The position numbers and the translations under genes are program-made. A stretch of 50,941 nucleotides of DNA from Sphaeroforma arctica JP610 (lineage: Eukaryota). Shown piece by piece: positions 11,056 to 23,330 of the stretch. The stretch lies in NCBI RefSeq assembly GCF_001186125.1, contig NW_014040521.1:34561-85501 (forward strand). The letters run 5' to 3'. Every line of letters begins with the position of its first letter. Within the stretch, counting starts at the first letter, position 1. Below the pieces are notes generated by a model. The model worked only from the letters and a program-made list of their open reading frames with translations, did not search any database and was not told where the DNA came from.

Positions 11056-14000
11056 TTAGAAAATTGTACGACCTGATTGATACAAGAAGGAAATATATTA
11101 GTCCACACAACGTACCCGGCGCCGATAAAAAAACGTGATGTCAATACATACTGGTTCCACAGACTGATCACGTCACAAAAAGAAAGTGTATGTCGCGCAC
11201 ATAAAAACACACAGTGTTTCACGAGATCAAAAGAAAATAACACAGGAAGGCACAGATAGCATCTACTTACATATACAGGGGCAAACGAAATGTATCTCAC
11301 CTTTTCCGCGCTTCTTGACACCTGATGCGTTGGCAGAGCTAGAACTCGCTGCTGGCCTTCTGGCTGGTTTGCTTGGTACAGCCTTGCTTCTCGACGGAGC
11401 CATAATAATTTCATTGTCGTCGCTTCCATCGTCATCTATACATACCAAAAATATAGAGAAACTAAGTAACTACGCTCTTAGCCTATACGCTCAATGGTTG
11501 ATAATTTCTGAGCCCAAAGTACGCAGAGGTTCAAATCAGTAGGTTGATGCGAGCACATATGGATGAAACTCAACATACCATCTATCGATATGACATTTCG
11601 GACTTTACTATGCGTATTGCGGGAAATGCTGGGAACTTCCTCATGATCAGCAATCCGGAAGTCACTGTTCGCCCCACTATCGTCACCTTCATCGGAATCC
11701 AGGTTTTCGGGGGCGTATGATGGCACATTAGTTCGTCGACGTGCTCTAAAGAACAAGGAGAGAAAAGAGCAAAAAAAAAGTATAAGTGAGAGGTATTGTC
11801 TACTAGATCCGGAGATTGCACTCAATCGAGGACAAACAATGTGTATGATTGTGTATGCGAGTAAACAGCGAATCACTTTCGAGAGTAAGGGTTAAGAATA
11901 TATATGAAACTCGCATTGCTATGTCAGATTGAGTGTTGGGGTGTACATTCATTGACGAATGAAAGCAGCTGAGCTTGTCAATGGAGATCATTATTTAATG
12001 CATACAGGCCACTATGTTAGAAGAGCTTCTTGGCGTCAATTTTTGGGTATTGGTGTTCGCCCGAGTGTAATATTGCAGGGTCGTGCCCATAGTCTGCATT
12101 ATTTACATTTGAGGCGCAATTAGGGATGGGGGATCGGGTACGTGATACATAGGCAGTGTGTGTTTGAGAGCCACGCCAGCCGTACTTGCACAGGCCGTAG
12201 TGATCCAATGCTCCATCCAATATAACCGGATTCAAATCTACGAGTGTAGTTTGCAATAGTGTTTTAGGGTTTGGGGCTACAGGGATTTCGTTTAAAAAAA
12301 TGAAAATCGAATTACTACGTATGAGTGTCCACAACAGGACGATAAAAATATGTCGAACGTGTAACAATCCCATGACCCTATTGAAAACGCCATTAGACCA
12401 CGATCAAGTTCGATTGGTTTGAGCGGAAACTCATTGCTACTCACAAACAGAGCTCACTCATCGCATAATCCACACCATAAACGGTGGTCAATTTGAATAG
12501 TGGAAATATAGACTGATATAGCAACACGGGTGGAATGGAGACACATACAGGACTTTCGCGTATATTTAACATAAGTATTGTTTCGTGTCGAACCTACTTG
12601 GGTTTAGCTGGGGGCGCTTCGGGCGAAAAACTGAATGATCTGCCCCTCTTTCGACTTGCTGAAGGTTTACATATTCGCAAAGAAATAACCAGAACACGGC
12701 ATGGGTGGAGAGTTTAGAATTTCAATAAGCTCGAGTGACATAACAGAAATAATACTGAAGCTATAATAGTGAATGGAATATTTTTGGGTTTTGGATACGA
12801 TACAGATAAAAACCGCCAAACAATTCTGTATTAATATCATTAGAACTTCATTACAAATATCTGGGAATTGATATCTCACACTGCGAAAAAGAAGACAACA
12901 CCGCAAACAGAATTCGCACGCAACCCAATTTACGAGTTACTTGGTCGAGGTCCATGAACTGTCACTAATAGAGAGCAGCTTGCATACGAGATTCAGATAG
13001 CAGAGCTGTTTGCATCTAAAAAAGTAGGCAAACAAGCACGCATGACAGTGTCTGTGTATGACATAATCGCAATCAGAACATACAAGCACTTAAGTTGTCG
13101 AGTGTCGATTGGCTCTTTGCCGGACGTCCGCGACTGGATGAAGCGGCACCTCTTCCGCGCGCTACGAGCAGTTGGTATGTCAGCAACGAGTGTGTTCACA
13201 ATATAATTAGAAACCAGCGAAATAGTAAGAATTGTCGAAGGAACGTAGAGCTTGTACGCACGACTTCACACAGCTACTATAAATTTTCGTTTTGTCGTGG
13301 CCGACTTGCACAGAATCTGTTTAATGGAAATTTGCAACATATCTGGAACCACCTATAGACCTCTTATAATAACACTTTATACATTTTCTATGTTCTCTCA
13401 TCTCATGCTACACATTGTGTATTAATAGTCTCGTGCTATAATCTGAAAGCTCTTACTCGTCAGTGATGAACGGGTCAGCATTATAACTCTGCGGGCAAAG
13501 ATTTGTACTTTGTGTTCACTATCGCCCAATGTTCAAATCAAAACTCAATGCGTTGAAATGGCCACCCCTCGACCTCGCAGTACTAGCGTATACTACGAAG
13601 AGGCACCTTAGTGGTCAAAATATTCCATCGTACCTTCACTTCGAAAATAATCAGCAGACATAATTTTGCACTTCATGGCTAACCATATCATTGTTCAGCC
13701 CGATTCGTTGGGGGTTGTTTATAACGATTTCCCAATATAAAAAAACGACAGTCATGAACAATAAAAGACCCTTACAATTCTCGCTTAGCAATTTCTAAGG
13801 ATATTCACCTTAAAAATGTACGCCTTAAATTGCTCGCGTGCAAATCGAGCAATCCAACACAGAAGTCTACTTACGTATCTAGCCAAATAAATGCAATGAG
13901 TACCGTGATAGTAACAAACTACTCCTAATCAAACCCAACCGCTACGGTATGACATAGCGAAACATACAACTATACCCACCTCGGGCCCGAATACCTCCTC

Positions 14001-17000
14001 CTCGCCCTCTCCCTCTAGGAGCTTTCGGTGCAGGCGGCTCATCATCACTGCTGATAGTGTTTGACGTCCGGGGTGCAAAGTTTTCTGCTTATAATAAATT
14101 TAGGCGAGAGCGTAATAATGTATTGAGAATCATTGCTTATAGTGTGTGACGTCTGGTGTACGAAGAAAATTGCGCTATGATCGTCTAGGTGATATGTGCA
14201 ATTGTGATGAGTACCGCCGATAGGAGCGTGTGGCGTATGGAGTGCGAATTGGGCCAGAGTGTGCCACCGTGCTAAGCTGCGACTCATAGCTGGCAAGAGT
14301 GGTAACAGGGTGCGATAGGCTTCAGGTCAAGTCGCAACCATCAATGTTACAATAAAAGTTTTGGAGAACATAACGTTCAGGTCTTGCTACGTAAATGCCT
14401 GGAAAATTATCAAAGTACTACCAGGCAGCGGCATGCACGCTAGAATGATGAATTACGCTGTCCAAAAAACACAACTGACGCGAAAATGCAGTTCCGGTGT
14501 GTGCCGAACATACGATTCATTCTAAGGTTGAGATGCAAATTTCGTCACGAATATTGCCGGTGATCATTCGTGGTCGTAAGTAGTTGTCGGCGAAATTGCA
14601 CCCCCTCAAAAATGTGAAACTAAGCGTATGTTGACCATATATTTACGCTATGTATGAGCCTGAGGTAGGCAAAAATTGACCATTCGAGTGAATAGACTGG
14701 ACTAAATAAATTCAAATAGAACTAGCATATGTAGATGTGATCATCAATACGTGAAGTATAAAAATTATCTCATTGCGTCGCAAAATCACACAGCGCTCCC
14801 GCCATCACCAAACAGTCGTACATGCGACAGTGAGAGCAATTTTGAAATGCAAGTTTGTAGCTACGAAGCAGTATGACGTTCGACCACACAGCAGTGATGA
14901 ATACACATCCAGTTACATGGTGAAATATATCTTTCCTTCAGCAACTACTGAGTACACACATGGATAAAATAGAAGATTCATCAACAGACACGCCCAAGGT
15001 CTCCGAAATGAATATATCACGGGACAATAATTACCATCATCATTTTCATTTCGTTTTACGGTTCGTCGATATTTGGCATACTGGTCCCGACAATACTCCA
15101 CGGTGTTGTTTATTGAGTCCTGAAGAATACAAAAGCGCGTTGTAAGAAAAAACTATCAGACACATACATTGCAAACGGGGTAGTAAAGAACATGCAATTG
15201 AGGCACGCAGCTGATCACTGGAGCGTGGGGAACTGACAGGTTGAATAGTTGCGCACACGGAATACATCAGGCTCAGACGTTGCTTGGTACTTACACCAAC
15301 CAAATCTACAGGTCCAATGCTTCGACCAAATTATGAGATCCCATAGTGCTCAAAGAGCGTGGTTAAAGTCATGCTTACAAATCCGAGATTGCATGTACAA
15401 TAGGAACCCCACTAAAACCTGTCTTAAGTCTTCATCTACTTTTAAAGTCGATGTTTCCCCAGCTCGATGTTTGCAACTCAATTGGCAGCTCAAGGGCGGG
15501 TGGTTGCTCTAATCAATAGCACTGAATACATAAATTCGGTGCCAAACTACAATTTCATAGCCAATTAACGCGATACCATGTATCGAACACGTACTTTTTA
15601 CTGCTAACCATTTTCAGCTTAATCAAAAACTTCAGATAGTGTTTGACACATGTACAGTGCACATCACGCGAGTCTGTCTGCTACCCGTACTTCATCGAGC
15701 ATAGAAACCAGCACTCACCTTGCTCTGTTTATCAACGTATTCCCGGACAGCCTCGCTCATAATGGCTGGCCTGATAGCCCGACGATCGTTCTCGCTTGTC
15801 TCATTACCTTCCCAGCCAATGTTTTTCTTCATAGATTCCACGAATAGGTCGATTACCTGAGCAGCGTAGAAAGACAGTCAGTTCACGAAAACCAGAACTA
15901 TTAAACAGATAAAATAGTTTAGACGAAACATGAACACTGGTGACAATACCACACACGAGCACGTGTTCTTCACGACATGGCCGTGAAAACAATATGCGGT
16001 GATCTGTATATAATCGAGTTTACATGCAATACACAATGTAATAGTTCGTCAAGGGCCAGTTTGTTCCTGTGGGCGGAACTAGATATCAAGACGAGAACGG
16101 TTTCATTTGTTATCATAAGTGTAGGGATATACACAAGTGTTTCTATCTGAACGCGAGCTTCTACCTCTTTTTTCGCCCTTTCGCTTTCTGCCGTTTCTGG
16201 ATCGTCATCTTCATCGTCATCAATCTAAGTAAAATTAAAAGGCACTATTTTAGAATCAGGCGAATTTCCGACACCATCGCACACACTCTTCCCCCCCCCC
16301 CCAAAAAGAAAGCATGAAAGAAACTGAGAGCATGCGAACAAAACACCTTTTGAGGTCATATTTCGCCGCTCTAGTGTATGTTGTTGTGCGTAAGAGCAAG
16401 TCTATGAAAATGTTGTGATGTAGACGCGTGGACATGCATAAGTTCTCAAATATTTCAGAAAGAAATCATAATTCTCGGCGCGAGATGAATGTAAGCAGGT
16501 ACGGACTGCCCTCTGTAACGGTCAAATATTGCCACATATTCAATCACCCGAACGGGGTCGTACCTTCATTGCCATTGAACTTCAATTATCGAGTCCGGTT
16601 CACTCGTATTAGTAAACACAAATTTAAGACCTTCATTATACTCACCTGCATCTTCTTTGTAGATTTAGAGTCCTTCTTTACTCGCGTGAAGGATAAGATG
16701 TCACGTGGGTTAGCCACCTGGTCAACGAACTTCTGGCCGAAGCGGGGGATATTCAGCGGGGTATAATTATTGTATTTCACCTGTTTGTAGTTTCGTAATA
16801 TCATGTGTAAATCTTTAAGAAAGGCCATATTCGAGAAGTATACAACACTAAACTTAGAAAGATCGCCTCATCAATCTGTGACTAGCGCGAACAGTATAAC
16901 GTGCAAATCATTCGGTGTCTTCAGCACTATACATATACGACCGATACATGCAGAGCCGTACACACTGACAAATAGACGTAACGCACACGGCGAGAAAATC

Positions 17001-20000
17001 TACAGAAACTGCGGGAACAGCAGCTCTCCGACCACAAAGAAAAACACGAGGTTCTGTGCGAACGTGTAAGACAGAGAACTCGAGGATAGAGAATAAAGCG
17101 AAAAACTCGAAAGTACATTAAAGCTACATACCTTTAATCGAATCAGAGGCATTGTCTTCACCAGGTGCACTTCGGTGCCTAAATTCATAGCCTCTTCGGT
17201 GACTTTCTGTGTGTTCTCTGCAATAAGCTTCTTCACTTCGCTGGTTAATAGCTTTTCTACCCTCGTGGTATCCTTCATATCGAGCACATTTTCCCCTTCA
17301 TCCTTTTCAAATTGTGCCAAGTCGAGTTCACCAATCACCAACGGACGCACAGTCATCAATGGAATGGGTTCCAGATCAAACTGCACCGGCAGGCATGATC
17401 ACGTAGTTAAGTTAACAGTGGTTTTTTATATGGATATAACGATATTATACAGAACAGAAAAATAGTTTAGCTCTGTTCACGTAACCAAAAGCAGGATTTG
17501 TAGCACATACTTCGAACAGAAAAGACAGCTCACGAATATCAACATTGTGAAGTTTACTGCCCTCGTTTCTAACTCAAATCTAGCAGTGAGTTCTGTAAGC
17601 GATGTGTGGGTACGCAACACGTAATCCGTAATCTCAACACCCCACACTAAATCTTAAACAAACCTACCACTGGGCCCTCCTCATTAGGCCGGCGCATCAC
17701 ACTCAGCAGGCCAACATGCTTCGGTTTTGTCTCCGCAGCACACAGCGACGTGATTATGGAACTCCCTGGTTGATAGATGTACGTGCTTTGGTCTTGCCCA
17801 CCGAGTATGGCTTCTGTATAGCTCTCATGTTCGTGACCCCAGATGGCAAGATCCATAAACGTTGGAATTACATTTTCAGGGAGGTAATTTTTCGCTCCGT
17901 GACGGACTCTGTATAAATAGAATACCAGTATATCTACAATTAACAACGAAAGATGAAGAAAAGAACGATCAATACGCAGGTTGCAACAAAAACGCATGAT
18001 CAGCCAATTAATGAATGTCGATTACCGTTGTTGACTCTATTTGTACCGCGTAAAATGATGTGCATATCCACGAATTAACCATAGAAAGTGATAACGATAA
18101 ATTCGTGACGCAAAGAAAAAAATAATCTACCCCTGGCACCCCCGTGGATTTACTATCATATGTTTTCCTATACTTTCGAAAACAAATTCTCTATGGCGCA
18201 AATACATGAGAACCTATACGCATAAATCCAAATCCAACGACGTCACATGATACTATTTAATTAGCACACACGCCAGCACTCACACCTGTTCTGGTGCAGG
18301 ACAAACAGATTGAATGTACTTTCGCCACCCTCCACCTCTGTATTAAATTTGACCTTCCGGGCCTCAAACGTGCGGTATAACCTGTCATCCTTGATATTTC
18401 CTAGTCCGTACAATGCAATACGTGTACAGCCCTTTTGCAACAAGATCGGCGATATAGAAAACTCATCGAAACTGGAAAGAAAAGCGCCCAAAGTTAGCCA
18501 GCAGGATTGAGAACATACATCATCACAGAAATATAACACCAACGAGCCCATATACGCGACTTACGTTTCCTGAGTAAACTTCAATAAGTCGCTGTTAAAT
18601 CCATGTTTTTTGTTTGCAAACTTCTGTCTGGACTTACGATTTTTGTTTGCCAAAGTAGTTGATAGTGTCTGCCACCTCCAACAAATCTAAAGCTGCCAAG
18701 TTCCCCTTCCCCACAGGATCGTCGTGATTACCGTGTATGCTAAATACAGGTAACGATATGTTGATGTTCGGGTCCATGTAGTTGAAAGGTTTTCTATCGC
18801 TGAAATAGTCAGAGTCACATTGATAAAAAAACCGAATTGGGCATGAGTTTCAAAACTCGTTAAAATTAAGTTGTCAATAATAACCTGGCATGAAGGCGCA
18901 CCGGGATTCATGGATTAGACATGTAAGTAATAGCTAGTAGCAGGTTTAAAGTTTCGAAACAGCCCAAAACGCCAAGACGTGAGAGATAAAATACCATATA
19001 AATTCAATTTTTAATACCTCTCTTCCCCGGTGGCCAGCGTTTTAATCTGGATGGGCTTAGAACCGAAGCAGTATCGTTTTAACAGATTAGCCACAGCGAA
19101 CTGAACGGCACGTGGCGGGTCGTTGTCGTGGAAAAGATCGCCACCAAGAAGTACCAGGTCTACCTGCAAGTGGAAAAAATAAACGTAGCGACACATTATT
19201 TAAGTGGTGTCACGTGATTCGAGGTATCTTTCATATGTGAGTGACATCTGGGGAAATGTATAAGCTTCGTTGTGCGAAGTAGGAAATAAAGTGATTACGA
19301 AGTCAAGATAAAGTACTCGGGTGGAAGACATAGAACCGACTACTTGGGTGACACATATAGCATGGGAATTGTCAAAATATTTGTTCACCAAATTAGACCC
19401 CCACATATACATACATAGACGAATCACTGTGTAATGTTGAAAATTGTACCCTTTGTTCGTACTTGCCTATGCGCTACTTCAGATTTGTGTGTAGAACACT
19501 AATACGTGACAGATATACACACATACTTGGAAACTAATGCATTGTGAAGTACTATTTCCATCATGAGCACGTTCATACACTAATCATAAATTCTAACATT
19601 GGATGCCGCCAACGAGGAAATACAGACACCGCTGTGGTCTCTTCGTATTCTTATCCAGAATTGAGAGATTACAAGTCGATGCGAGCTTGTCATTAATTTT
19701 GTTCATACATACATGTTTACGAAATATCATACATATATGTTCACGAAATATATAGATATCTAATCCTTGTTTCACCAAATACAAATATCCACTTCCTGTC
19801 ACGGAGATTACAGGCAGATGATCAATATCGATGAGCGGAATTCGCATGAGAAACTTTTATCAAGCGCATATGTGTGCTAGTGTGAATTTGTGCGTTTTAT
19901 GTGATATTGATCAGTCAAAAGTTTTAAATAGTAGATACGCATATAAAACATAAGAAAATCAATTCTAACACTAACTCAATCATGTTTAGCTACCATTCAT

Positions 20001-20954
20001 AGATCTAAACACGCACATTCATACATACATGTGCACACGTTTTCTATTCTTGTATGCTATTATTCGTCGGAACAGCTTTGTGTACAGCACACATTGTATT
20101 CATAAAACAACTACAGAGCATAAGTTTATATGCATTGCAAATGCATAATCATACATGAAAGGTGTCCAATTGAATAACGATACTTATAGACAAATCATAT
20201 ATGACCATGTATAGCATGATTTATGGTGGATGAAACGACATTTACATCACATACAATCTATAGCAGTGTGCGCGTAGGCGCTTACGAATGTATGTAGGTG
20301 CGTCTGTGTGCACTTGAAAGATCTGCAGAAACGTTCTGTAGACATTCCGTGTGTTAACGTATGCCGTACAAAACGAACAGATGTTGAATAATCAATAAAT
20401 ATATAAGTCACAATATAAGCAAACCACGTAGACATCCAAATTCTGCGTTTTCGAGTCTGACAGACTACATATCCTTATATATATATATATATATATATAT
20501 GATAAATTTTTATGCGCCATGGTTATTATTTCCACTGACAAATTTTAGATTTGGCAGTATTTGGCAGTATTCGATCATAGCCACACTTAGTCTTGATTGG
20601 ACCTTCTGCTCTTATTCGATACACAGGGAGAAATTCAGGTCCCCCAAACATCAAGGTTGTACACGCTATGAAAACGTACGTCAAACACGAGACTATCTCG
20701 AACAATGAAAATTGTACGATATTTCATTGTGCACATTCTACCACAACTACTTTACTAGAGCACTAAATTTTATACGTGCGCCGCAAGATGGCAGCAAGCG
20801 TACATACCTCCTTCCGCACAGCTATCTGCAGAATCTCCTCGAAGGTGGTAAGTGCATCATTTCCTCTAACCTTGTCTTCGTGTCTATAGCCAACATGGTT
20901 GTCCGTAGCAACCAGGATACGGATGCGATTCTCAGGCGCAACCTCGGCCACCAT
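11056..20954 (-). CDS. MRE11: Double-strand break repair nuclease MRE11 (~17 exons)
   Basis: Exons (minus): 20808-20954, 19018-19163, 18638-18799, 18286-18471, 17668-17908, 17132-17380, 16646-16780, 16135-16224, 15719-15856, 15035-15119, 14917-14947 (tentative), 13980-14050, 13084-13161, 12598-12658, 11579-11745, 11301-11435, 11056-11072. Phosphoesterase motifs are intact: [36 protein letters not shown]. Also present: [39 protein letters not shown], and a GAR region RGRGRGGG. The 3' exons are less certain. Confidence 0.96.
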
Positions 20955-21225
20955 GATTTTAGGTCACACACACACTTTAATTCCACTCCGTACGTGATGC
21001 AGGATTAAGACGATCCCACTGACTACTACTTGCAAAAGAAGAAGATATCTATTCGGCTCAATCTCAGACCTTCCAGTAACTGTAATAAGAATAGAAAATA
21101 CCTACAATGTGCATACAGTTCAATACTCTCGTGGGCATCGTATAGCAATCAAGTGCTAATGGTGATGCTATTGTCTGTTTATATTATAAATATCCCATAG
21201 CCTTCTACATTATTCATAAAACCCA

Positions 21226-21255
21226 TTGCGCGCCAATTTCTTGGGTTGCCAACCC
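21226..21255. promoter_or_regulatory. Candidate cis-elements upstream of MRE11: E2F-like ATTGGCGCG (minus) and palindrome GGGTTG-C-CAACCC
   Basis: Both motifs are read directly, ~270-300 bp upstream of the MRE11 ATG. Function is inferred only. Confidence 0.3.
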
Positions 21256-21546
21256 TAATAGTGCATCTTTTCTTGTTCTATTTGGAGGCTACGAAGGAAA
21301 AAAAGTCTCATCTTCTAATTTATGTAAATATCCGTCTGGTCATATGGTGACACAGTCAGACAGTCACACAGCCTCACAGGCTCACACCCCACAGGTGACA
21401 GCAGGTCTGTAGCCTTTTTTAATTTTTGAACAAACAAGACCAAGGGGGGGGGGGGGCAGACATAGGCCTCCTGAGTCCTGACTCCACAAGAAGAGGCCGA
21501 GGGTATACGGTATATACATATAGAAATTATATATATATACATATAG

Positions 21547-21595
<49 letters not shown>

Positions 21596-21657
21596 TAGTA
21601 TATAAACGTGGTCCGTCGAGTGTGATCAGCAAAACAATAGACAACTTCTCAGACGAT

Positions 21658-22719
21658 ATGCGCCCTTCTGTGTCTATTACTCGCACTGCTTGCCTCGCAG
21701 GTTTTTGTCCTTAGGCATCACATTGTACGGCCCCTGGTCCAGGGTGCGACAACAAACAAGCATATACACAATGTATAGATGAGCGTAGCAAGAAGCTTCT
21801 GGGTGGGTGATACAAACTGATTGAATATGGTATTACAAGTCAGATCCTAGTCTAAACGCGAGACGTAACAGAGGACTTCACTATGATGGATGTTGACAAG
21901 GTGTTGGCTGAGATTAATACTGGAACGCGCAATACTAAGATCCGGTCTATATTTGGACGTCTGCTCACCGTGGGCGAAAATAATATCAGGCACACATAGA
22001 AAATGCATGCAGGAGACGATTTCTTTGTGGTGGATTACATTCCACACACGGGTGCCGTCTTTGTACAACTAGGCCACCTACAAAAGAGCGGGTTCTTCGA
22101 TGATTCGCGGTGGATACCCACGAGCCTCGTGACTTTGTGGTTCAGTGCATAGGTAATTGCTTGGAAGCATCACAGAAAGTCCAAATGGCCGATTTTGCTA
22201 AAGAATATCATCTGGTAAGAAGTTATCCGCATTCAAAGTTTGCATCTGTCCATGCTACATAAGTATTACAATACAACGGCAATATGCACTACTTGCCAAT
22301 ACTGGATTTCTCGGCCATATCCCACCATCTCAAGACACCAGCGGAATCTGATGAGACCCTACCAATTGGCCTTCTCCAAGGTAAAAACAGACAAAAGATT
22401 GAACTTCATTGTATTCAACACTACAAGCATTATTGATCGAGTCGTGCATGATCGTCGGCCCTATATCTTTGAGATTAAAATTGGGATCGCTGTGGTTGGC
22501 CACCGTGTGCAGAATGGAAGTACATAATTTTATCGTCGACACGTTTTTACCACCCCTACATTCGGAAAGTGCTGTAAAGACGACTACACAAGAGAACGTG
22601 ATGGACTTTCAGGACAATTCGGCGACAATATATTGTACGAGATGATGCTATTTGGCAAGTCTTCCGTCCAAGATTATCTCCAATACCTGGATATTGCTGG
22701 AAAGGTCTATCTAAAATAA
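21658..22719 (+). pseudogene. Decayed intronless ~350-codon ORF of unknown family
   Basis: From ATG 21658, protein-like segments can be joined across ~6 stops and ~2 frameshifts: TEDFTMMDVDKVLAEINTG..., DDFFVVDYIPHTGAVFVQLG, KRLNFIVFNTTSIIDRVVHDRRPYIFEIKIG, ...YLQYLDIAGKVYLK*. Confidence 0.4.
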
Positions 22720-23330
22720 AATCAACGACCCGTCACGAAATCAGCCGAAGGTGCGCCAGTACTATTGATTGTGCTTTAACTAATTAAAATTTGTCAACGT
22801 TTGTGTAGTTGTACACTAATCCTACATGTTATAAGACACGCCTAGGATTTTTTCATTTTGTACCCAAGAAAATAGGTAAATATTTATATTTATATTTATG
22901 GCGGTCTGATTAAGTGATTATGTATCCGCCCTTGCAAATCTGAGGCAAAATATATTGAAAACATTTTTATTGGCGGGCTTAAGAGGAAATTGGTTAAACA
23001 GCAACTCCAGTTGAGATTTGCGAAATAGATCGGACAATATACCTAGAATCTAGATCTCACTTTGTATAAATTTATTACCCACGGCCCTCTGGATACTGGA
23101 TTGTAGAGTCTCTGCTAAATTTACGACTTCCGCTACGGCAAACCTGATTCCTGCTCGCGACTCTAGTCAAGAGGGCCGTGCTTTTCCCATTACATATCAG
23201 TTCTTCTTTTTAATTAGGAGATTATGTGCATAAAGCATGCACAATTGAATGCAATATCTAAGTTGCCACAGCCACGTACTAGCATAACAAGAGATATAAG
23301 TCGCTGAACGGAATACACCATAGCCATATT

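Noticed and set aside
21330..21500. CAG/CAC-rich stutter sequence, G-run and GGCCTC..GAGGCC hairpin
   Set aside because: Short low-complexity sequence with no terminal signatures of a MITE or Helitron.
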